Positions 12,897 through 24,483 of a stretch of 64,000 bases of DNA are shown in pieces. Position 1 is the first letter of the stretch. Each line of letters opens with the position of its first letter. The position numbers and the translations under genes are program-made. Under the pieces are notes generated by a model. That model was not told where the DNA came from. It made no database searches and saw only the letters and a list, made by a program, of their open reading frames with translations. The stretch is from Lytechinus pictus (taxonomy: Eukaryota): assembly GCF_037042905.1 (NCBI RefSeq), contig NC_087246.1:5830001-5894000 (forward strand), read 5' to 3'.

Positions 12897-14665
12897 ATTG
12901 TGTGAACTCCCGTGTGAGAATTTTTGGTGTTTCTTTAACTTATTTGATTATCATTTTTTGAACTAATTAAAATTAATTAATTGGAATAAATTGTGAAGAG
13001 TGTTTGATTAATATACTTATCACATCATGCTTTAATATATGTAGACCAAAAATAAATCTCTAAACCCCCGTATACAACATTTATTAATTTTAACATCTGA
13101 AATGGTTTTTTTCCCAGGATAGACTTTGTGTGTACCGCTCCTCCCCCTCTTCCCTCTTTAGCCAATTTTCTTATTTTTAATTTTATTGTTAAAATTCACT
13201 ATTGTCAGGCCCAATTGAATGGAATAAATGATACTAAAATATAACTATTGATAGTAGCCATCAACATGATCAAAAGTTGAAGGTGGGATTTGAGCTCTAA
13301 CCATCCCACTTAAGATGTATTTTCTGGCCAAGCGCGGATCGTTACGTTGATCAGGTTTCTCAGCTACTGCATGATGCGCATGCATAGCCATAGGCTCCCC
13401 CCCCCCCCATACCAGTCAAGGCAGTGTGATATCTGTTGACAAAATGATCTCCTTCATCCGAGTTTCGAAAAACAACATTAGTACGAAACCATATGTTCAA
13501 TACAATGCAAACGTTCTGAGTCTTGTGCAGTTATCGTGCATTTGGTTAAATTTCACACCTCATGGTTTGTTCAATAAATTAAATGATTACAAATTGAACT
13601 CAGATCATACAAAAGACCTACAGTATATGTAATGCATATATTAAAATCAACATTATTATTTAACAAATAACATTTAAATTTTGATAATTATTTATAATCC
13701 AAATGTTCTTATTTTTTAAATAATAAATCTTATCTATAAATTGTTTTTCAAAAACAGCATTTTGTAACATCGTTCATCGAAGCTACGTCAAAACGAAGCA
13801 GTTCAAGGGTCAAGCCTATAATGTATTGTATTTGTGGTGTTTACGAATGGATCGAGGGATCTACACGAGATTGATCTGGTAAGAAACTTCTCATTTTTCA
13901 TATCTATACTAACAGATTTTTTGCACCTTCGTACGCATTAGGCGTATGAAGGTGTATACAATAGATAAATAAAATCCAACAAATTTACATGATTTCTAGG
14001 TCTAAAGATGGATTTCCTAGCGAAATCCATCCGTGTTTACATGTCTCGCTTAGCTTAGGCACGTATGGGGACCGTGTCAACTGTCAAGGCTCCGTGATGT
14101 AAAAGTAGAGATCTAGATCTATGTAAAAATATCTTTAAAATATCATCACCGAGTCCTCAAACAAAAGGCTAGTTCAGACCACTAGACCTAGTTCACTGCA
14201 ACCACCCTGCCTGTGGGGAATCTATGCCAAATGCAGTACACAGCACACACTTAAATTGAAATATCACTTTAGAGTATTTAGTTACCCAAATTTCCAAAAT
14301 ACTAATTTCCTCACAGATACAGTTGCAATTTATTTTTCATAACTGTCTTGAGAGTAGTCCTGTAGCTCGGATTGTTTACCGGACTGAATCCTGCCGAGTT
14401 GGCATTGACCGGCTCGGAGCTTTACGGGACGGGTTTCACTTTGAATCCCTCGAACTCGGTAAATAAACCCGGATGGTTTGGTAATATTTGAGGTGTCATT
14501 TGTCACCGCAATTAAAGTCATGAAACTGTTTTTAACAAGCAATCCATCCACCTAGTGTGATGGTCGAGGGGACAGGTCAAAGGCCAAGCATCCCTACCTT
14601 ATTTTTTCATTCTTTCCCATCATGATTTTGATTGATGTGTATGATCAGACCTCCTGAGTCATGGC

Positions 14666-15241
14666 CCCGGGGGGGGGGGGGGGGGGCACTCAGTATATAA
14701 TGCATAGTGGGTATGTGCCGCGGAGGGGACCCCCATTTTCACACTCAAATTTCCGTTCCAAGGCATAGCATTTTTGTCTTATTGAGAAAAAGAACAAAGA
14801 AAGCCGCTCCAAAGCATAGCATTTTCTTCTTATCAATATCAAGAAAAAAAGAAGAAAGAAATCCGCTCCAAAGCTTCGCACATTTTCCGTTATGCCGTTC
14901 CGGCCGTATTGATCTGCTACGAGCCGCAGTTTTGGTGAAAAGCGGCCACGGAGCGCTGTCCGACCATCGCATCTGCGCTAGCGCACCCGGCACCCATGCC
15001 GCCGGGCTATAGCTGCATGCACGTATGCCCGTTCCATAGGGATGAATACACAATCACACGCAGGTGACCCGTTCCAAGGACCCCCGTTTTCACAAACATT
15101 TGTCGTTCCAAAGCCCGTTCCGAGGACCCTCCTTTTTACATAATTACAATAAGCCCGCTCCAAGGCCCCCGTTTTTTGTCTCGCCCGCAGCACATACCCA
15201 CTACTTTTTTGGTCGAGTGCCCCCCCCCCCCCCCCCCCGGG
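14666..15241. mobile_element. GC-rich MITE with poly-G/poly-C TIRs and 8-bp TSD, copy A
   Basis: CCCG(G)nCACTC ... GAGTG(C)nGGG; TSD GTCATGGC on both sides; second copy at 53369-53917. Confidence 0.9.
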
Positions 15242-16299
15242 GTCATGGCCTTATGTATGAGAGATCAAGACAATATCCTATAGCTAGCCGGCTAAGGGCG
15301 CACATGCACACAGTGCAGCTCATGAGCTGCCATGTGATATCATCTGACTGGTCATGTGATTGGCTGAGAGTAATGTTCACTGTGTGAGAATGTCCAGTAT
15401 GTTTACAGGTAAAGGCCAGTTGGTCCATTAGGCATGGTCATAACTCAAGAAGTTTTCCTTTTGATATGACTGTGATGACATGCAGAATATTTCTCTTTCT
15501 TTTGGTAAAATAACCTGTCCGGTTTATTGAGATATCTTTTATATTAGTTTTTTCTGCTAACCATAGAAGCCCCCCCCCAAAAAAAAAAAACCCTCAGAAA
15601 TTAACTTTTCCTTTCACCTCCACCCCTCCCAAAAAAATCGACCCCTATGGTAGACAGAAACAATCTCTGTGAGAGCATGTTTGAAAATTGGGTCACCAGA
15701 ATGATAACATAATAAACGATGTGGTTTGTAATCTGCCTCTCGATTTCTCACACACACACACACAAATCATTTCAAAGCACATGTTTCGTAGTAAATCACT
15801 AGCGGAGCACAGACTCGTGCTGTTGACCGCTGCACTGATGATAAGCATGTGAGGGATTGCGAGTTGGCCTTGATCGTCTCAATCCCCTCTCTACATTACT
15901 ACTGGATAATATAAACAGTGAATAAAATATTTGGGGGTTTGTATCGTCTTTTGAGAAGGTGATGTCGGTCACAGTCACAGATAAAAATTAAGAGTCAAGT
16001 AGGTCAAAACATTGTATTTTTGCATGGACATAAATCCATTTTAGCCGGTCCGGGTCGCCGGGCCTTTCCGGGTCGAGCTATGATTCTGATAAGATTTACG
16101 AGCCGGGTTCGGACCGAGTTGAAGGAAACGAGCTACAGCACTACTTGAGAGCCAAGCCAAGTTGATAGCTGTTGTTATTTTGACTTAGAAAACTGAGTGA
16201 CAGTGTCAAAAAATCTAGCATTTGTCCCTCAACTCTCAAGAACAAGAGAAAATAAGCTAAACATTGCCGGCGCTAATCCTGCTAGTGCTAATGCAGTTA

Positions 16300-17350
16300 A
16301 TTTTAAACATTTTTATTTTTTTAATCTCCTCGTAGTCGAACACAGGTGAGTGGAGCCAACGGAGTTAAGCGGAACAACCAACATAACAGAGCTAGACCGA
16401 AGCTTTGTAAGTATTGGTCTAGGTAAACCTTGTTCATTTTGATTCGTGGTTCAGAACGAGCTGCTGCCGCTGCAGAATGCAGCGATAATCTGCTCGGCTT
16501 CCAGGCCAGGCTATCGGCCAGGGCCCTAGACGAGCTCGCACAACATCACTGAGCTGAGGCAGCGCCGCGCTGAGCAGTGCCAGTGCTGACGTTCGAACAT
16601 TACACTACAGTACAGATACCTACCGATTTCCAGGTTATAAGAGCTATTAATAATCCCTCTGAACTCATCCATCTTCGTTCTTATTTTCGGATCCGGACTC
16701 CACATAATCTCTGAACATTTTGCATCCATTTTGAGAATATTTTGCCAACAGTTTTTGTTTACAAAAAAGAACTTGATCGTCGACTCAATTCGCACTGCAC
16801 TCGATTGATCGTACACGACTACCGTACACGTTGTACTACTTTACTTTGCTGTAAATATTTAGGCCACGCCTACCTTAGACTGGTAACGTACCTCTATAGT
16901 AGTGATTTACTCGTATGTAGTATCTTTGCTAATATATGCAGAACGGAGAACATTCGCAAAAAGGGGACAAAAATGGTCTGATCCCGGCAGAGATCGTCTG
17001 ATCACCTCTATTCTGTGTAATATATTGTGATATAATTTATGTAATTTCACCAAAAGTGATCTCAGCAAAACTTGTTTACGTCAAATAACACACATTCGAA
17101 AGATATATCAGATTCAACCCTTCCTTTATATAAAATTAATGACAAATTCGACAATGGTAAGCTAAATCTAGTGATACTGGCAGTTCATTGGTTGGAGAGA
17201 TGATCGCACGATGTAAAAGCTCGCTTTCACGTGCGTCATGCAAGTGTAAAAAATGGAGGTGTGTCGAAGGCGGCGCCCGTCACTGACCAATCAGGGAAGT
17301 GGGAAGCCCATAGATACATCTCTATGGGGAAGCCCCACTTCACCATTCTC
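16300..17350 (-). promoter_or_regulatory. CpG-rich region around AACS exon 1 (putative promoter/5' UTR)
   Basis: Locally high CpG/GC; GC-box-like GCCACGCC near 16863, CACGTG E-box near 17228, CCAAT/ATTGG boxes near 17187 and 17287. TSS not determinable. Confidence 0.45.
16624..16729 (-). CDS. AACS: AACS coding exon 1 (MDAKCSEIMWSPDPKIRTKMDEFRGIINSSYNLEI-)
   Basis: ATG at 16729 in AAAATGG context; 106 bp ending phase 1 at G|GTAGGT donor; joins exon 2 in frame; N-terminal W.P....T....F pattern typical of AACS. Confidence 0.88.
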
Positions 17351-18069
17351 GTTTGCTTCGTACATCGATGGAAACTGTCGGAAATTCCAATTCCCCTCGA
17401 GTTGTTTTGATTTGTTTTGTTTTGACTTCATTGCTTTTTGTTTTAATAGAAGAGCGGGCATGTTTTGTTCCCATGCACATTGTATGGAGGAAAAGCACTT
17501 ACTCGACCATAATCATCTATGGGCCCTACAAACGATTTTTTTTTACTGGGGTGCTGATGTAAATTTGAAGAAGAAAACAAAGTTTTCACTACAAATCAAA
17601 TTGGTCCAGATAAATTTTAAAAGCAAAAAAAAAGGTTTCACTATAAAATAAAGGTCATTTTTGATACATTTTTCAATTTCTACACATCTTCCAGATTACC
17701 TGGGGGTGCTGCCTATGGAGAATAATCACCCCAAGGAAATTTTGGGGGTGCTTCAGAGGGCCATGAATAACCTCGGCCAATACTAGTGTCTAGACGAGTG
17801 TGTAACTTGTATTCTAAAGTAGTAAAGGCCCACCCATGGCCATACGCAGAAAAAAAAATTCCCCGTGAGCAGGACGCGTAATTTTTTTTTGTAGAAACTC
17901 AAAAGCGAGGGAGTGAAGAGACCGACAGTTATGCTAGACATACAGGTAACTGAGTATTGTCAGGAAACCAATACACCAATATGTTTGCAGTAGATATAAT
18001 ACAGCGCGCCCTCTTACTTGCGAAATCAAATGTCACTAGCATTAGGGCCTATAAAAGGACTGGGCTATT

Positions 18070-20351
18070 CAGGCGCGTAGCCAGGGGGGCGGTGGGGGCG
18101 GTAGCCCCCCCAAAACGTCCCCAAAAAGAAAAAAAAAGGGAAAAAGAGGGGAGAAAAGGAAAAGGGAAGGGAGGAAAGGGAAGAAAGGTAGCTTTGTGTT
18201 TTTGTTTTTGTTTTTGTTTTTTTTTTCTCAAAAGAGAAACTCCTTCTCTCTTGCTCTAAATTTATATATGAATTTTGCTTCCGCGCGGCGCGCGGTTAAA
18301 TGATAATATTGAAGTTCTCCATTGTTTCCCCCACCCTTTCTCTAACCCTGTTTTTGCACCTCAGCTATATGTGTTTCTTGCCAGTTAAAGTTCAAATGTA
18401 TACATTAGGGCATATAATTAGAGTAAGGTTAGGCCGAAGTATATGAAGTTATCTTTTTTTAATTGATTGCGCAACTTCTGGACGGGTCGGCCCTGGGCGG
18501 GTAAAATCTTTATATCAATTTCTGCCGTCACCTCCATAAAGTCAACTTCTCCTGCTTTTCAGCTCCCATATGGAAAACTAGCGGACAGAAGGTCCTCGCT
18601 GCACGCGCGCACCCTTATAACACGCAGAATTCCCTTGCATTATACCCTTTTTTCACAAACAAATGTGTATCAAGGACAAGCGTTGATTTAGATAGAATTT
18701 CCGCCCCCCTGAAATGAATGGTAACAACTTCTTCTATCAGATGACCATAATTTTTTTTACATTCAATTGGTGGGAAATATGGCACTTTATTACATTAAAA
18801 TCACTAGAAACCATCCATAGTCAGGAATATGTATTGGGATAATGGGTTTGGGGGACATTTTTATAGTACCCGGGTGGATTATTTCCGTCGTCACATCGGT
18901 GGGTGGTGGTATCATGAATTTCCGCCCAGATTACAATAAAGGGCACATTGTAAGGCAAATACTCATGAAAGAACCATGGAGATTGGTTAATAAGGAAATA
19001 GGGCACTTTTATCATCAAATCAGAGGAGATTTTCTTTGTGATAGTGATGTCCGAAGAGCAAACCTACACTCGTGACGGGTCCATTATGTATACGAGGGGT
19101 GCATCCTAGCTTACCACTGCATAGCTAAGTCTGAAAATTAAGTTTTGCTTATTTCTTTCATTGTATAATGATGTTTTAATGTTCAAAGAACGATAATTCA
19201 TGAAAATTGACTCAAAATATTGCGAATCAACGCTGAAACATTATCTGTGTATACATTTTATCCCTCTGTAATGCTATTTCCCCCATAAAGCCGCAATGGA
19301 ACATTCCGCACCACTAGTCATACGATGATCGCGAGGTCTGCAAACGTCGTCTGCTATGTTTTTACATGTCCGGTACACTGCATACAAGTTTTCGATATAT
19401 TACTAAACAACCATAATTTTGGGGCAAACAGGTTCCTAATTTAAAAAGAGGAAGGTATAAAATTCGTGTCGTATTAGATAAAAAAAAGTACAATATTTAT
19501 TATCAAATTCTATTAAACTTCCTGTCATTTCCCTGCACATTCATCTCCTGTCCTGTTTTGCGCACTCAGTTTGAAATTTTGAATGACACTTAGGGTTCTT
19601 AATAATTCAAAATGAAGCGCTTCAGGATAAGTCAAAGAAAATAGGCATCTTTTTTTGTATAATTTCAATGAATCACAGAAGTTTCAACTTTTTGCGCACT
19701 ATTTTCCTTGTAATGAAGTTCAATAATCTTAGAAAATCAATCGAATTAGACCCGATGGGGTATTAGAGATATCTGCATTTGATGAAACGTCCGCCCTTTG
19801 AAACTTCAGAGTTTCATTGCTCTGCGCGGGGAGGAATATCTTCCTCCCGGCATATAAACTTCTTCTCCTCTGTTTTGCGAGTTATGCACTGTCGCTAAAT
19901 TGTTTGTAAGCAAATCTGATCTTTCCAAGGGAAGTATTCAATATATCTTTGAAAATACCCTTTTATCAGGACCCTTTTCATGGCAGAAAAAAAATTGAAA
20001 AAAACGCTTTAGCTTCCGCGCTTCGCGCGGGGTTATTATTTTAATTTCCTCCATTGTATTCCCTTTTTATGCGTTCGCTCACAATCACTTTTGAAAACAA
20101 GGTTCATGAAAAAAAAGATTCAAAATCACAATATTGTCAACTGAATTGGAGGTGATATAGGTACTAGAGACAAGAGAGACGGCTCCTTTTCATTTTGATT
20201 TATGAAACACCAAAAGCTTCGCGCGGGAGGGGGAAACTCCCCCTCCCTGCACCCACCCCCTAGGGAGCGCGCTTCGCGCGCTCTGTAAGTGTTGGCACGC
20301 TTCGCGTGCGATTACCGCCCCCTCCAAAATGAAATCCTGGCTACGCGGTTG
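18070..20351. mobile_element. 2.3-kb non-autonomous TIR element with 8-bp TSD (hAT-like)
   Basis: TIR CAGGCGCGTAGCCAGG versus CAACCGCGTAGCCAGG (reverse complement of right end); TSD GGGCTATT on both sides; GCGCTTCGCGC subterminal motifs. Confidence 0.85.
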
Positions 20352-20851
20352 GGGCTATTTGAGATGTATTGAGGACTGGGGGGCACGGATGGCCCACCCC
20401 TCCCCCCCCCTTCTGATCTCAGCCGCCGTTCGCGAGATCCCGCCAAAATTTGGCACGCACATTCTCTACCACATAAACTACAAACAAGTATAACAAAAAT
20501 CTGAAAATAATTATTTTTTATTTATTATGAATAAAAATAATGTGCAAATTTATTCGTGAAAAACACTTTTATTTGCATATTTAACACCTAACTTCATTTC
20601 GAATTTTCTTCTTTTTCAGATGTCATCTTTGCAATATAATTTAAAGGTTTCTACCTTCCCTTAGTTTTTCATTAAATATTTACAAAGAATCTTATTATTC
20701 ATAAATATCTCACTAGACAGTCTGAAGAATTTCATTTACCTTTACTAAAAACACTTTCAGCACAAAATACATTCATTTTTGAAGGTCGAAATACTTTGCG
20801 CATAGATTTGAAAAACTCCCCTTCACTCGCAATCTTCAAAAGAAAACTTAA

Positions 20852-21435
20852 AGGAGAATGAAACCCTTGAAACTAGCTGAATCCATATCAAAGAGAAAAA
20901 TCAAAGAAACATATTGTTGAAAGTTTGAGGAAGATTGAATGAATAATAAGAAAGTTATGAGCATTTGAATATTGAGATCACTAGTGCCATGTAGATCCTC
21001 ACATCGGCAATGCGACCAAGATCTGTGATATCACACACGTACAACTCCCTCATTACTTTAGTACTTATTTCGCTTATATTCTCATTTTTTATAGAGTCTA
21101 TCACAAGGTTAGGTGTTTTCTTTATGAGATGACAAGTACAGAGATTTCACAACATTATATCATTGATGAATCGTTTGTCATATGATTAGAATGAGCAAAA
21201 AGAGATGTTTTGGGGTATATTTTCAGTGTCCGTATGGGAGAGTTGTACGTGTGTGACATCACAGATCTTGATCGCATTGCCAATGGGAGGATCTCCATAG
21301 CATTAGTGATCTCGACATTCAAATGCTCATAACTTTTTTATTGCTAGTCCTATTTTACTCAAAGTTTTGTTGATCTTATTCTTTGATTTTTCTGCTTTCA
21401 CAAAAGCTAACTTGCTCCAAGAGTTTCATTCTCCT
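20852..21435. mobile_element. TTAA-flanked MITE (Kolobok-like) with long imperfect inverted arms
   Basis: TTAA|AGGAGAATGAAAC ... GTTTCATTCTCCT|TTAA; inner GATCTGTGATATCACACACGTACAACTC is inverted at ~21238-21268. Confidence 0.85.
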
Positions 21436-22849
21436 TTAAGACACTTTTGTTGGCTACGTATAAAACCTAGCTCTCCTTGTTGTACTTAGATCGTCCCTTC
21501 TTTTATTGTCAATATTATCACTATTATCCTGATTATTTTTGTTATTATAGTATCACGATTATTATTCTTATTGTGATTATCAATATCATTAACATTATTA
21601 TTATCTCTATTATTACTGTCATTGTTATTATTGTTGGTATCCGAAGAACTCGTCACCACTTCTCAACCAGGCATAAACTTTTATCCGTTTCCTTTGCGCG
21701 TTAACTTCATACTCGATATACATCACCTGTGAAACATTTTCTTATTTTAGTCCACATGCAGAAAATGGTCTCCTCATCGTCTCTCCTCGTACATTACTAA
21801 TTTCATGCATTATGTTGTAGTTTATTTCGCTTTTTCTTCCGCTCTTTTGGCCACTATCATTATTCGAATTATGTAATTGAATATCAATGAATAATTTGAT
21901 TTGATGAGGGATCCACTATTTACAAGGACAGCTTCACACACACATATAGAGAGAGGGGGGAGATTAGTGGAAATATCGCGCGAAGCGTTGAGGAGGGCCA
22001 TCGTGCCCCCCGTCCTTTTAGGGTTAAGACAGTGTGAACATGGGCGGAAATCCCAGGGGGACAGGGGGACGCGTCCCCCCTACCATTTTGGAAAGGGGGA
22101 CATAATATCAAATGTCCCCCCTACTATTTGTGTTCGGTTATTATGGAAAAAAATACATAATTCAAAATCGAAATTATACACCTGTATCCTCGAATTTCGA
22201 AATATATATAAACAGATAGTTTTTGTTAAGAACTTGGATAGGAAAAGAAAAGGCATACCGGCCCGTCTATTCTCGAACTCGCATCTAGCCCTATATGCCA
22301 GCCAAAGAGTGATGACATTGATGACATCGATGGCCATTGTCAATTTCATAACTAATAAAAATGACGAAAAAAAGAAAATCGCCTCTGGATACTTATAAGT
22401 AAATTTAGTGAATAGGTGGTAGACGAGAATGTTCCATACCCCGTAAAAATACCTTTGTTAAACCAATTCAGTTTCCCTTTATTCCAAATTTACTTGGAAT
22501 ATAAGAATATTTTCATTGTTCGCGTACTCAGTAAAAAGAATAGTTTTCATGAGTTATGCTTAATTCTCCGCAGTAAATTTAAAATATGTTTAATCCCCCA
22601 AAATTTGTTTCTAAATACTCTATTAACGAGACTTTTATATTCCATTTTTACACAAATTTTCCTGCCGTGGGAGGGGTCATCATAGGTAGATCAAGGGGGC
22701 GAAGCGGCCGCCCGCCCCCTATTGGCGTCGCAAAATAGGAAGGTGAGGAGAAAAATAAGAAGAAAGATAGGACGAGGAAGAAAATTAAATGATAGAAGGG
22801 GAGGGGAATAACTGGAAAAAAGAAAACTTTCAGGTCATAGTATAAAAAT

Positions 22850-24230
22850 AAAATAAAAATCGCTCGCGCTTCGCATTAATACACAACCATCTCTTTATTT
22901 CAAAACGTGCTAATTTTTTTTCTCACTTTTTAGATCGAAATATATAAAATCAAATCATTTATTTAGGAAGATATCCATCTTTTTCATAATTTGTAGGTTT
23001 AAATCTTTAAAAAAAATTAGCTCGCGCTTTGCGCATGCATTGCTTATTGAGATAAATGCTTGTTCTTTATTTCAAAAGTGCTTGAAAGATCCATTTTTCA
23101 GATCTGAATATTAAAAAAAATCATTTCGCGCATCAGTAATATGGTTGAGTCAAATACTATCCTGTTTATTGCTATATGGTGAAAAGGAGATGACTTTTTG
23201 GTCGGAAAATAAAAAAAATCAAGATACGCTTCGCGCTCACATTAATTAAAATTTAGTTAGATAGTTACCCTGTCCTTGATTTAAAAATTTGCTAATAATA
23301 CCAATTTTTAGGCCGGAAATGACATATCTTCAGCACACACTTCGCGCTCGAATCTAATATTGTTTAGTAAAATTCCTATCCTGTTCATGATTTGAAAAAG
23401 TGTTACGATTGTCCAGTTTTTAGGTTGGAAAATACAAACTTTCAGCTCGCGCTTCACGCCTGCATTTATTGTTTAGATTCCTATCCTGTTTTCATATTTT
23501 TAAGTACTAAGAATGTCAAGTATTTAGATTGGAAAATTAAAAACTTTCACCTCTTGCTTCGCGCTCGCATTAATTGATTCCTATCCTGTTCATATTCTTT
23601 TTAAGGTGCAATGAATGTCCAGTTTTTAGGTTGGAAATTTAAAACTTTCAGCTCGGGCTTCGCGCTCGCATCCATTGTTTAGATTCCTATTCCGTTCATT
23701 ATTAAGTGCTAAGAATGTCCAGTTTTTAGGTTGGAAAAAAAAAAACTTTCAGCTCGCGCTTCACGCTCGCATAATTGTTTAGATTCCTATCCTGTTCATA
23801 TTCTTTTTAAAGTGCTATTAGTGTCCAGTATTTAGGTTAGAAAATCAAACATTTTCAGCTCGCGCTCGCATCTGTTATTTTGTTAAATTCATAACCTGTT
23901 CATGATTTGAAAAAGTATTACGAATGTCCAGTTTTTAGGTTGGAAAATCAAAAACATTCAGCTCGCGATTCGCGCTAGCATTATTCTATCAGATTCATAT
24001 CCTGTTCATGATTTTTATAAAACTGTTAAGAATGTCCAGTTTTTAGGTTGGAAAATCAAAAACTTTCAGCCCGCACTCGCATCTATTATTTAGTTGAATT
24101 CCTATTCTGTTCATGATTTGAAAAAGTGTTACGAATGTCCAGTTTTTAGGTTGGAAATCAAAAGCTTTCAGCTCGCGCTTCGCACTCGCATTAATGGTTT
24201 AGGTAGGTTCGAATCTAGTTCATGATCACA
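22850..24230. repeat. Tandem array of ~120-bp units (about 11 copies), probably internal to a DNA transposon
   Basis: Recurring CCTATCCTGTTCATGATT..AATGTCCAGTTTTTAGGTTGGAAAA..TTTCAGCTCGCGCTTCGCGCTCGCAT; transposon-end-like GC-rich sequences at ~22038 and ~22680. Confidence 0.85.
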
Positions 24231-24449
24231 AAAAATGTTCAATTTCCAGGTCACAATTTATGAAATATCAACATATTTGGGCTTAAATTTTAAAATGTCA
24301 TAACTTTCTTATTTTACATCCTATTTTGATGAAATTTTCAGCATTATGCTTGTCTGATTTTTCTCTATTAATTCAAATCAACATTTTTCTGAGGTGGACT
24401 TGACCTATAATGTAAGTACTTTTAGTTTCATTCATATCACATAGAAATG

Positions 24450-24483
<34 letters not shown>

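Larger units (their letters stand above)
250..16729 (-). other. AACS: Acetoacetyl-CoA synthetase gene, 5' part (7 coding exons in window; continues beyond window start)
   Basis: Seven GT-AG exons splice in phase into one frame with AACS-typical motifs: [75 protein letters not shown]. Confidence 0.95.
18046..22023. mobile_element. Older piggyBac-like host element interrupted by at least two insertions
   Basis: Removing 18070-20351 restores ..AGGACTGGGCTATT-TGAG..GGACTGGGGGGCACGGATGGCCC, which resembles 63358-63450 and is inverted relative to GGGCCATCGTGCCCCCCGTCCTTTTAGGG|TTAA ending at 22023. Left end decayed. Confidence 0.5.

Noticed and set aside
14690..15428. Cluster of overlapping ORFs (also 53407-53975)
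   Set aside because: They lie in a GC-rich MITE, the frames differ between the two copies, and there are no transposase motifs.
17253..17651. 132-aa ORF diverging from the AACS promoter
   Set aside because: No recognisable domain, it runs into low-complexity and repeat-like sequence, and no downstream exons were found.
21901..22398. 165-aa ORF in the intergenic region
   Set aside because: It spans the junction of two transposon ends and has no coding motifs.
22850..24230. CRISPR-like regularly spaced repeats
   Set aside because: Whole units are homologous with no unique spacers, there are no cas genes, and the context is eukaryotic.
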